From: Paraglomus brasilianum
Taxonomy: Eukaryota
Assembly (NCBI GenBank): GCA_910592345.1
Contig: CAJVPI010000252.1
Coordinates: 1-38,778 of the forward strand
Length of the DNA: 38,778 bases
Reading direction: 5' to 3'
The notes under the pieces are model-generated. The model was given only the letters and a program-made list of their open reading frames with translations. It was not told where the DNA came from and made no database searches. A program made the translations under genes and the position numbers. Shown in pieces: positions 12,358 through 24,606 of the stretch (position 1 is the stretch's first letter; the number at the start of each line of letters is the position of its first letter).

Positions 12358-13647
12358 TTACACTTTGTAGCCACGAGACGCTCTGCGACCACGAGCCTTT
12401 TCGAATTTCCTGCCCTTGGATCGCACATATGGTCTTCAAGATTATAATACAATTGCAGGGTAGTCATAGAAAAAAAAAGGCAATAGGATAATGCATAAGT
12501 ATAATAAGATTGTTAGTTCATGTTTGAATCACTATCTCTCATACGCGGAAACAATCTCCATTTGTAAAACTCTCGGATTCATACAAACATCAGTAAACCG
12601 AAACCCGAACATCCCACACCCACACCCTCTCTAAAGCAAACCAAAACATACTTGGCGTGTGATTTAGGTCCGTCTCCAAAGTGCTTAAGTGCCTTGCGCC
12701 CATTTCGTTTTTCCTCTCAATAGTACAGTCTTGGATCCAGTTGGTGCGCGTTTTGCCAACTCGTCAAAAGTGATGACCTCTCCGCCGGCTTTCAATATCC
12801 TTGCTTTTACCGTCTTAGTGAAACGTAATGCGCACACGGTAATTTTCAAATCGAAATCAAGTAACCGATCATCGTCGACAACAGTTCCGACGAACACGCA
12901 CGTTTGGCTGTCCTTTCTATCTCTCATAAATCTATGAATACGAGACAGGGAAAGGGTAGCACGGTTGACGCGAGACATCATTAGGCGTTTCAAGACTGCT
13001 CTGTTGAAGCGTGAATCCGTGCGGCGGGCTAAAAATCTATATAACTGAATTTGGTGATCCGTAAAGGTAAAAAATGGGTCATGTTAGATAAAGAGACATG
13101 AATTTAATGTATCATCTACAATTAAATATCATGAGATTCCCAACATAATAATCTCTCAGCTGCTTAAATCCCACGATTTTACGGCGTATGCTAGTAGTTG
13201 CTTTATCTATACACCAGAGTGAATTGAAATCCGCGAATTACCTTCACCAACAATCTGAGGTAGACATTTTCGCTCTTTGGCTCAGTGCGAGCACTCTTTT
13301 TGACATGATGTTTGTCAATGTCAATACCCTAAAGATAGGAATTAGAATGCTTTAGAATTTGATCATTGAATATACGCCAAGCGATCAAAAGGATAACAAG
13401 TAATCATATAAGTGAGATCTATGTGAGCTCTTTTGGACGGTTGTTTCCCTCGACATTCAGTCTCTACAGAATTACTGTAAGATCACCTCAAATTACAAGC
13501 TCTTGGTTTGTTTTGACTTTAAACTACTTATCAAATCTATCCATCCATTTACTCATTTTCCTATTAACATTCTTGTAATATACCAGTCACTCTCCAAGCT
13601 ATGTGGCTTCACATCTCTGCACTCTTATGCTTATAATTGCGTACCAT
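12358..13647 (-). CDS. RPL18: 60S ribosomal protein L18 (eL18), 4 exons, with an apparent +1 frameshift at 12708-12712
   Basis: Exon 1 contributes only ATG, then [22 protein letters not shown] | [14 protein letters not shown]...VLLRG. The last exon is [25 protein letters not shown]. Confidence 0.93.
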
Positions 13648-13867
13648 GATCGATTGTTTATTAAGTGGTGAAAAGAGAGGACGAACGGTAGCCGTAATGC
13701 GATAATATTTAAAGTTGGGAAAAATTCGATTGAACGATGACGTCACAACTTGTGTGACTGGCTCATATTAATTGATTTATTTAATTATCGTGATGGTAAA
13801 TCAACATACTATATTAACCATATACATAATATATACATTTCGCTCTAATTAGCAATTCTCCCGCACT

Positions 13868-15871
13868 TTAACTCTGTACCCACCTTTTAACCGAAGTCGG
13901 GACGTCATCAAATCCCTCTATAACCTCTCTAATCTCCACTGGTTCCATCATCAATCTCATCATTTTATACTCCTTTGAACATTTCAATCCTCCTTCTACA
14001 GGCTTTACAAGTTCCATTTGGATTAAATGCTCAAAAGCCTTCAACGCTACCGGCCATTTATAAGCATGCATACCAACACCTTTTACTGCTTCCGAGAATG
14101 TGAATTCTTTGTATTCGTCGTAAACCATGGAAAAGTTAAACGTAGAATAGGAGCGAGATAATAAATGCTTTATGCTGACAAGAAGGCAAATCTCGAGAAG
14201 GGATAGGCCTATTCGCAATCAGTTCAGATTAATTAGAAGGCTAGCAAAGGGTCAAGACACAACAGCCATTGAAACGTATACGTACCGCGTAAAAGCTGGG
14301 TTCTGGAATCGCTTTGTTGTTGCCCATTGGATGATTGAAAGTGACTGGCTTTTTAAGAATGGAGACGCTTGTGATAGCTGGGCAACCGGCTTAAACTGCG
14401 TAACGATCAAATGTGAGTGAAAGTGAGTATGAGAATCCATTAATCGTGGTTAGAACATGCAGACATTAATAATTGCTTACGCATATGCGATAAAATGTTC
14501 TTATATCGCGTGTCATGTCAAAGATGCGCCGAATTATTTTTCGGAAACTATCGTTATCAAACAAATCCTATGGTTGTTAAAGTGGATATAAACTAAATTA
14601 GTATGATTTGGAGAATATACAAAAAAGATGAAATTGTAAATACATGCATTTAGCTCCTCATTGAACGCATTCTTATAGTCCTCATCCATGCTCTCTGTTG
14701 TTAACGTTAATGAATTCCTCGCTATTTGTAAAAAGATCTCAAACGACTTGGCCGGAAACAGACAATACTGTCGATGAGAAAAACGTGACTTGACACGTTT
14801 CTCCAATAGATCCATTGCGTCCTAGACCCAGTCCATGATGCATACATTGTAAACAAATAAAGAACGCAAAACTCCATGATGCATACATAGTCTTAGTACC
14901 CAAAAATGCAACGAAACGACAACAATCTGATTTCTAATACAAACATACGATTCTGCAGGTCATTCCAACAACAGCGACCGGTGTCTGATTGTTCATTGCT
15001 ATGTCGAATAGGTTGTACAGCAGCGCTTGTTTGCTATGCTGTGCGAATTAATCAAACTCGTCCAGCGTAAATATGATAGGTTTGGCAATTTTCGAGCCTG
15101 ACTTCAATTGAGTTAATACAAAGGATAGCGTATCTGCAAAAGAATGCTATGGTATTTTAAGTTTCAGTATCATTAGTATTTTGATTTGTAACATGGCGCG
15201 CATACATACGTATACTTTTCCCTCCAGTTCATGTTCAAGCGATAGTTGACGGGCTATTTCGCGAAGAGCAAGTCGATCATTAGGTAAAGTGAAGCCATTG
15301 AGATAGACTGTAATAAAGCTGTCATTGTACATGGATTGCAGAGTCTGCAGTGCTTTACGGACTATCTTTAATGAGAACGAGGGGTGATAAAGGGTTAAAT
15401 GACTATCTGAAAAAAAGTAGAGCATCTAATAGATAAATACCAGTGTTTTTCCTGATCCTCGTGGACCAATAAGAAGACAGGAGTTGCTTTCGCCGAGAGA
15501 TATAACCCTCTGTAATAGATCAAAGACTTGGCTATTGGGTGATTAACCAAAATATAACAGTCAAAATACTGAGATGCTGGAATAACCCGATTTAATACCA
15601 ATCCAACCATCGTGTTCTAACTTTACCCGTACTGCTCCTCAACCCCTATGAGTTTCGACGGAATCGCTCGTTCTGACAACTTTGCCATAATTGCATTTCT
15701 AGTTTTCGCGATGTCCTCTGTTGCCCATTGCTCTTTGGCATCTATATATAGTGAACCGTTGATAAGCCTAAACCTTTAATATTTAATATAACATAGCGTC
15801 GCACCCTGAAAGTACATATAGAGTCACCCTTTGATAGAATTCTTACTTTGCAAGTCGGTTGATGGAGACAT
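13868..15871 (-). CDS. ORC4: Origin recognition complex subunit 4, 9 exons; as assembled has an in-frame TAA and a frameshift
   Basis: [17 protein letters not shown] (Walker A), [21 protein letters not shown] (Walker B), [38 protein letters not shown]. Confidence 0.9.
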
Positions 15872-16499
15872 GGTTTGCAGAACGCGTTCTGCAGCTGGTG
15901 TAGCACTAAATCAATACAATGATCGGCCATGTGATCTCGAGAGTATGTGCAAGTTGAGTCAACATACATAGTCATTTCATTTTACCAAAAGAATCTGAGG
16001 CCATTGTGAGTAAACGAATTATTTGCCAACGGCTTGTTGGAAATAAAACAAGACATAGTTCATCGACTATTCTTTAATGCTTTTGTCGTGTTCTTATTCT
16101 ACAGAATGGGACATTTTACGAATGATTATAATTAGCGTTGTAGGCCATGGCATATTAATATTTCTGCTGCGAGATATTTAGCTTGCCAGAGCTATAGTTT
16201 ATATCGAAAATCGTAGCCGATTGGCAATTCAACATCAAGATTCTGTCAACATATCATAGGAAATACTTATTAACTGTTATTATTATATGTTACCGAAAGA
16301 ATTTAATCAGGTAAACACAAAGCCCAAGAACTACTAATTATCTGAAAGTATCGCTTAACACATCAAATCCGAATAATGAGTTAGGTTTCGTATTAGAGAA
16401 AGTCAAAACTAATGCGTTTTTATCTAAAATGCGATAATTTAAAATATAAACATGATGCACTAGGAATATTAATAAGATATGACCACGTCTGCTCTGTGT

Positions 16500-19400
16500 C
16501 TAATGTGAACTTTCATCTGAATTTTTCCTCATAAAGCTAAATAGACTTCTGTGGAAGGGGCGTTTATGAATAGTCATATGATCATGTCCGTCGTCGGAAT
16601 CCTCACGTCGATTTTTCAAGTTGCGCTGGTTTTGGTTACATAATTTTCGACCCGCCCAAAGTTGTTTGAGTAGTTCACATTGTCTATTAAGCTCGCTTTT
16701 CAACTTTACAACTTCCTGATGGTCTTGCTCGAGTTCTTTAAGGTTTGCCTCGAGCCAAGTTTCAACACGTTCGCTACGACGATTTATGATTTCATCAATA
16801 AATTTGTTGTATTGCTCAACCCATTCAGCATCGTCTGAAGCAGATGATCTTTTTCCATAATATTTTTCGAAATATTCAAACAAAATCTTGGACGTTCCAG
16901 TAAGATCTTCTCCATTCAAAACAAGCCCAGCATCTGATAATGGTATAAATGAATTTTTTGAACTTCTGAACAAGTCAAACATCGGTATGTCTTTATCATC
17001 GACACAATTTCTGCCGTTGTGAACCTGCATTTAAAATTAATTAGTCAAATATTAATCATAAATGTTACAGCTTTCAGAAATTATAATTACATTACCATAA
17101 ACTCTTCCTCATTGATATCGTAGTCATTCGGAAAAATAGACTCGTGGCCGTGAGCCACAACATTTGGCATGGTAGCCTTTAATTTTGCGATAATAAATCT
17201 ATTTTCATTCAATGATGTCCACTCGCATCCCTATACACGAAAATTTGTCAACGTAAAAGTTTGCGTAAAATCCGGTCATTAGTGCAATGACTTACTGTTA
17301 GTTTTGCCATTATAAGCTTAAGCATTGTCAGAAAATGAGAAGCATTGTCATATTTTTTAGGTGCCTTGGTTTCCAGTTTAATCTTGAGCTCGTCAAAGGC
17401 TGTATAGAACTCTGTAAAGTTCGAGGTAAAAACTCTTAATAAATGTTACAAATTTCAATTTACTGTAATAAGAATTTAAGTATCCTCACCCGAATTATTA
17501 CCCGTTGGCATACTCATTTCAACACCATACAATTTTGAGATAACATTGTTCTCTCCTTCCTAAGAAACATACGTTTATATTAATATTACGTCTTTGAAGT
17601 TAAATAATTTGCCGACACATGCATGTCACACTTACAGTCTGGACGAGTTGGGTGAACTTTTCAAAGAACTCTCGGTAAATTGTTTCTACGTCAACGTCTG
17701 GCACATCTTTGACGATTGTATAAAATAATGCCTGCACAAATTATTAATTAATAATGCACCTCCGAACCAAATTGATTTTCGTGATTGTAGAATATACCTA
17801 CTTGGAAAATATTTTCCACTTCTTTAATATCACCAAAGCAGGAGCTTTCGAGTCCAAACTTGTCGAATTTATCTGAAATATTTTTACTGATATGAAAAGA
17901 ACTCGTGAACAGTACCATCGTCGATATACTAGAAAGCAAATCCCTATTTAATAAAATAAACGCGAGAAAACTTAATCACGTGATTTTAATATCAACCTTA
18001 TGTTAAAGAGAGTTAAAAGGAGATTTTCTTGTGGAGTCCTGCCATGAGGTTTGAGCCCTAGAGAGGGAATATAAGAATGTCAATAGGGTTGTAAACCTGA
18101 CCATATGATTAACTTTTTTAATAGACAGACTTACCCTCAAAATTCATTCCAACGTATACTTTGTCTCCTTCATATGCTGCCCAAAAATCTCAGTTAGTGA
18201 AAAGAAATTACAGATTGTAATATTAAAACAAGCATATTACCTAAAGACAGCCAGACGCCTTTGTTACTATGCTAACAAAAAAAAAAGGGTACTTAAAACC
18301 CCGTCGTTTGTCTATGTGTGTAATCAATAGTAATAAATTAATCGCTTACCGTCGTCGCAGAGTCATCAAAGTTCGTACCGATAAACTGGTTAAGCAAATA
18401 CGATTCCTCACGTGACTGTTCACCCATAGTAGAAATAACGTCCACAGTTTTATTACCGAGATATTTGAGGATTGCTTCATAGTAACCAAGTGAGATTGAT
18501 TGACAAACTTCTTCGACGTTTCCTCTATCTTGAACTGGTAAGCCTTCACGTAAGATTATAAACTGATTATTTTTTGCCACGGCAATTTGAATCGGTATGA
18601 GTGTGCATAATCGAATAATCCAACTATTAAGAAACAACGGGGTTTATTTTTTGTAGTCAGAAAGCAAGGAATAATACCATTAAAGTAAACCCGACTCACC
18701 GGTCAGCTTTGTAACTCGAAGCAAATGTTTCTAAATTATCATAAAATAATTTATCGTCGAGTCTTTTGATCTGCGTGGAACCACCCCTTAATAATGAGGT
18801 GTCCTTTTTTGTTGTGTAGCCAAGTCTCTTAAGCATGTATTCAATGCAACATTCTTGAACCTTGACTAAATCGACTGCAGAATCTTGTGGCAGGTCCAAA
18901 ATCACAGCAAGTTCAATCGGGGTTGTACTATCATTTATGGATGACTGTATAGGATATTTCACCAATAGTTTTGAATACACGTCGAGATAACCGTTTGATT
19001 GCATTGGGTCTACATCCTCATTTACGCATGGCCGTATTTGTTGTGATGTCGTTTTTTCTTCTATTTTATATTCATTCCATATACCAGGGATGAATGCCAA
19101 TGGAAAGCCACCATCACCAACTTGTAAACTAGTATTGGTAAAGACACGAATGACAGGCCTTTTTTCATGATTAATAACCATGTATTGGCCTACCTTTACA
19201 TCTTGAATGAAACGAGTATTTGTACCATGGACAAATGATGTATCACTTTGATCAATTGTGACTTTGCCCATAATTTTAACTTTTACTGAAACTAATTTCC
19301 TGAGTGCCAGATTGAGCATGACCAAATGCTGTTGAGTTTGTTCAAAAGTAATGAATTGACAATGTGATAACCATTGTGAAGGTAAAGGGATAACTTTAAG

Positions 19401-22400
19401 TGGCTCAGTATCAATATCAGACTGACCTACAAAATATACAAGTGCTTGTCCTGTATTTAAATTTGTATCCTGTGGCATTGAATCAGCATAACTTGCACTC
19501 TGAACATCTGCCAGTTGTGTTTTTAATTCCCTGAGTACAAATATACAAGAACCATTGGGTGAGCTGAGAACAGATGTTGCATCTGCAGGAAATTTTGCAG
19601 AGATTCTCAATGAATTACTATCCAGATTAAGGTAATATGACTGTCCATTATTTTCAACTAAACAAAGTAGTCTTCTTGTAGTATTGTTGATCCAGAAAAA
19701 ATGCTTGATTGCTGGTAACCCAAGAAATTCAATATATATTATTGCTTTGTCTTTGTCAAGATCATATATATGAAGCTAATAATAAAAAATAGGATGAAAT
19801 ATTTTAGCCAAGATAAAGTTATACTATAATATTAATATTAATATACAAAAAAAAAAAGCTATGCCACATACCATGCAACTCCCAATTTCATAGATTGCTA
19901 TCAGACCCTTTGAATCATTTACTGCAAACAGTGAATTTTCTGAGACATCTAATGATGCTGTTGGACATGGGAAGCCTTTTCTTCTGAACATCATCCCCAA
20001 GGAAGCAAGTGATTCATAAAAAATAACATAAACACAATATCTTCTATCCCATAAAATAAGGACTAATTTTTCATTGCTAAACTGATAAATTTTCCTAAAA
20101 ATTGTTCATTAAGTGTGTTAAGCTACAACTTTGACTGTTTTATACAAGATATATCAATATCTGATAACTTGCCTGATTTCATACATCTCCCTGTCAATAT
20201 ACAGAACCCTTAGATGTGGGAAAGTTTCCACATACTCACTGCCATACTTATACTTCTCAAGATTTATACCACATATCTTGAGCTCACACAAAGAAGGCTC
20301 ATTATCATCTATTTCAATAATATAATGCAACTTGTATTGATCAGATGGTATTTTGTGCAAATTTGTAACAACAAGCTTCACCCTAAATAAATAGATAAAC
20401 ATCAATCAGTTTCCTGTACTTATAATAGTGTAATGTTGTATCAAAAATGTACTCACCCAGTAAAGTACAATGATTCAAGTTTGGTTCTTAATACAGCTGA
20501 CTCATCTTCAATGATATGTCTCTTTTCTCTTGTGTATCTTTTGAAGTACTTGTAATTGTCTTTTAGGTTTGTATTTTCCTCCAAATACTTGCTTAGCTTC
20601 TCAGCAAACTCAGATCTCCAATTCTGAATTTCCTTGACAAATACTGTAATAATGCCTTCCATCACTGTGTCAGGACTTGTCAGTTTCTGTAAATTGTATA
20701 GACAAGTAATAAAACCTGGATCTGATATCTTCTCTGCCACTTTTTTAGCTTCCTCAAGAATTTCCTTGGACTTTTGATCACACTTTTCTTCTGGATTTGC
20801 TTGGTTCATAAAAAATGTTGCCACTCTCTGCATTGTACTAGTATAATTAATAAAGTCAGCCATGCATATTGCAGGCCAATCAATACATTAATTAAAATAA
20901 ATTTTTGAATGTAATTACTATATGTATATATCTTTTTCAAACCTTTTGATTTCATCAATTTTTCTGCTTTCTTGAGCATCTAAAAATATATCAAATCCAC
21001 CTTGTGCCAGTCCACTCAAATAATAAAACCTTTCTTTCAACAATTTCCAGTTCTTGCTATCAATTGTTAATGCCATGCTCTTTATTTGCTTACAAAGTTC
21101 TTTATGTTGCATATAGAACGTATTAAGCTCTATCATTAATTTAGAAAAAGTTGTTTAGTGTTAAGGACTTTCAAAAAATTTTTTTTAAAAAAAAATTACC
21201 AGGACTGTCTTCCAGTGAGCTTAGAGGGGCTTCTTTGGTCTTCTCTTCAGAGATGCTGATTAGGAATTTAAACAATTTTAATTACCTGACATTTCTCCTT
21301 GAATTGCCTATTAATTTGACATTATTACAGAATGCAAAATACTCTGGTGTTTACCTGTAATTGTCTTGCAAAATTGAAAAGGCCCACTCAGTCACTTTCT
21401 CTTTGTATTCACTAATGCTTTTTTCTGTTCTGTCATTTAAGTCTTTCAACTGATTTTCATAATCTTCTAAGAGTTCAGGCTGATTTAAACCGTCTTTGAT
21501 CAAAATTATTAACCCATCCATGCTCAAATTAGGTGCACTCAAGGCATAGTAGTTTTCATTCACTAGTGGTCCCCAGAATTGTTGAAATTCACAGGAAGAA
21601 TCAAATATATCAACCTTTTCTGACATCATTGTGGACTTATTATGGTCTTGCATAATAGCTACAGATTGTAGAGTAGTTGATTCTATAATATAAGCTTTTG
21701 ATAAATTTTGACTATATAGAAACAATTCTGGTATTTGGATCTAGTAGTTACATATTAGTCAGAAAATTTTTGTATATATATCAGTATAAAACGAAGCACT
21801 ATTAGTTACTATTATATTACCTCGAACCCATTTTCAATTAAGACAGTTATTTCTTTTTTCTGTTCTTCAATTTTAAGATTAGCACTCTTATCCAATGTTT
21901 GCTTGCCTGAATCAGAAGTTAAATTCCAGTTAAATTTCTTTAAATCATTTTCGCTCATTAAACAAACTTGATGATCTGTCAATCGTGTGAGAAACCTTAG
22001 GGAAAAAAAATAAAATTGTAAACAAAATATTAATATTGGTTTTTATATTTTAAAAGGTGTAAATATAGAAAATTGATATTTACTGATAAAGATTTACAGC
22101 ATTATTGTCATGATAGAATCGCTCTTCTGACCAAAGAATCACAAGGCCCAAGTCTGGCTTAAGCATGAGTAAATAGAACCCATTATCCAATGTTGATTTT
22201 TCATTGTAAACTGTCTCAGAAGTCTGTTCAGATTCTTTGCATCTGCATATTAAATTGTACCACTATCAAAAAAAGTAACAGAAAAGCAACTAAATATCTT
22301 TTAATAGCACTAACCTAGACTCTTCCATGACATTGTTTTGTAACAGCCATTTGAAGATAACCTCACAGTTACCATAACAGCCAATAAGACGAATGGGGAC

Positions 22401-22733
22401 TTCCGCCAATCTTTCAAAACCGATATCGGAGATAGAATGGTAGCTTCCAGGGGCCAATAAATTACAAACTTTTTCTAAATCAGATGGTTGTATAACAATG
22501 CTTTGTGCTAAAATATGGCAAAGAAACATACAGCAGGTCAGCGAAAAGCTCGCAATTTACATCTTTTCAAGAACGTGTGTTAGATAATCTGTAGTCATAC
22601 CTGAATCTTCATCCGTATAAAATTCGGCAAGTTTATATAAATTGGGAATTTTCGAGAATTGATTAGGTTTACTTCCATAAATGTTCGGAGAAATTTCGGA
22701 AACCGACGACGATGCTGTGTTTTCTGTATTCAT
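16500..22733 (-). CDS. Very large (roughly 1,600 aa) multi-exon protein with a degenerate GB1/RHD3 (atlastin/GBP/Sey1-like) G domain
   Basis: About 20 exons splice in frame from ATG 22733. The G-domain-like segment reads ISTMGEQSREESYLLNQFIGTNF..SNKGVWLS..MNFEGL..RTPQENLLL..IVKDV. It resembles a recalled uncharacterised fungal family (LCTLIPIQIAVA; IMAKL..W). Confidence 0.75.
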
Positions 22734-23340
22734 ATAAAGTATCAAATCGCATATTCACACAACTTAATGACAAAGACATTATATGTCTGCGGATTACCAT
22801 AGACATGGGCTTCTTGATTATATCCAGCCATGGTATCAATTTGCGCAATATGAAAATATTGTTTGTCTAACGCTATGCTCTTATCCTACGTAGCTTGGCA
22901 ATGGAGGTATAAATATATCGCTGCGCTTTTATAAACACTAACACATAGCGTATATTTAACCATTTATAGAAGAACAATGGCGAAGTTTCACGAGTCACCG
23001 ATACAAGTAGCACAAACTAAAGATGCAACGATAACTATGCCGGTTATAGTAATGCGTATCGAACGGGTTATCTTTCGCTGATCCATTAAAATTCTCAAAT
23101 TTGTACATTGGTAATACACAGTGAAACCGAAGGTGCAGACACTCTTTCCTCATTATATTCATTCTCAATTAGGAGATACAGCGAAGACTTTGTTCATACT
23201 TACTGTATATATAACGATTTTCAGTGTCTAATGCTTTAAACTCCGAAGAAGCTTGTTACACAACAAAGGTCTAATACAGAGAAATTTATAAAATTTATTA
23301 TTAAAGCTTTGGTGCAGCGATTATAAGCAAAATTGTTATA

Positions 23341-23496
23341 CACAGTGAAAGTCGATATAACGGACCATCGATATAACGGACTTTTTCTCTGGAACGGAAT
23401 TTGTTTACTAAATAATATCTGATATAAAACTCACAAGTCGATATTACGGATTAAAATGCTGGTCCCGAACAGTCCGTTATATCGACTTTCACTGTG
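23341..23496. mobile_element. 156-bp pogo/Tigger-like MITE
   Basis: Perfect 25-bp TIRs (CACAGTGAAAGTCGATATAACGGAC), flanked by TA on both sides, with internal repeats of TCGATAT(A/T)ACGGA. Confidence 0.9.
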
Positions 23497-24559
23497 TATA
23501 TAGGTTTACTGTGTACGCAATAATTAGAATCCTAATTTATAATTACAGCCCGCAATCAGACACTTTGAGCACAATTATCGGTACTATTACGGTTCAGCAT
23601 TAATTGCGTCAATAAATGCGTATTAGACTATAAGCATTATACAAGCGTCATTCCTTTCTTGACTTGGAGTGATGTAGAACAATACAATTAAGATTATAGG
23701 AATTTGTTGGGTGTTCAATGAGCTCTTATTGTGAATAAATACAATGGAATAGATTTGCAATTAAGACTACCTAAATTAGATTTAATATTAACATTGCAAA
23801 AAAATGTATACGCATATACTTTTAAAGCACATGCTATCAGTGAAATATAAAGTTTAGCATCTGAACGTATTTATTGTTTTAGGTTTGACTTATAAATGGC
23901 ATCACCGCATTACGTAATTTTCTTACCGCCAATACGCTATCAATCTCTCCTGAAATTACTATATTATCTTGCATGGAAAACGTTACAATAAACGTAATTG
24001 GGCGATTTTGGAGCCGTGAAAGCGGAATTAGAGTCAATAATGCATCATAAGACTTGATAATGTGGTAAAACATGTTCAATAGAATAATTTAGTGATTAGC
24101 GCATTATTAATGAAGGAGTTACATAATCCCAGAAGATTTATTACATGCAAAAGCGTTGAAAAAAATAACTATGTTGGAAGAATTTGTAATTTAAAGTGTC
24201 AATTAAATCTGTAATAAATTTACTTTTGAAGTACTGATTATATAATGATCTGTTAGTATAATGAAGATTCACGTCATTTATTATAATTCTGGTCACTGTG
24301 ACATATAGTTCAAAGTACCCCAAATTGAGAGGGTCCCTAAACATTTTTCTTATTACAGTATTATCTCAATCGGCTGGATTGTGATAGCAGTCATGGTTAT
24401 CAATAGTAGGGATCAACATGCCCGATGCCGATTTTTATATATGAAATTCTTGCTCCGGCGTCAGTTACTCCTATAGCAACCCCCTATTGACACAAATTAC
24501 CCCTGATGGTTTATAGACAGAAAATGCACATGAGAAGTTTGTCTGTTGAGTCGTATACT

Positions 24560-24606
24560 GTAACAATTTGCAAATTGTTACGATTACGATATTGCAATAT
24601 CGTAAT
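24560..24606. repeat. Two adjacent perfect palindromes (22 bp and 24 bp)
   Basis: GTAACAATTTGCAAATTGTTAC (24560-24581) and ATTACGATATTGCAATATCGTAAT (24583-24606). Confidence 0.95.

Noticed and set aside
15048..15050. Stop-codon reassignment
   Set aside because: It is a single case; RPL18 and ORC4 end in TAA, and GCN4 and SEC63 end in TAG, at the expected positions.
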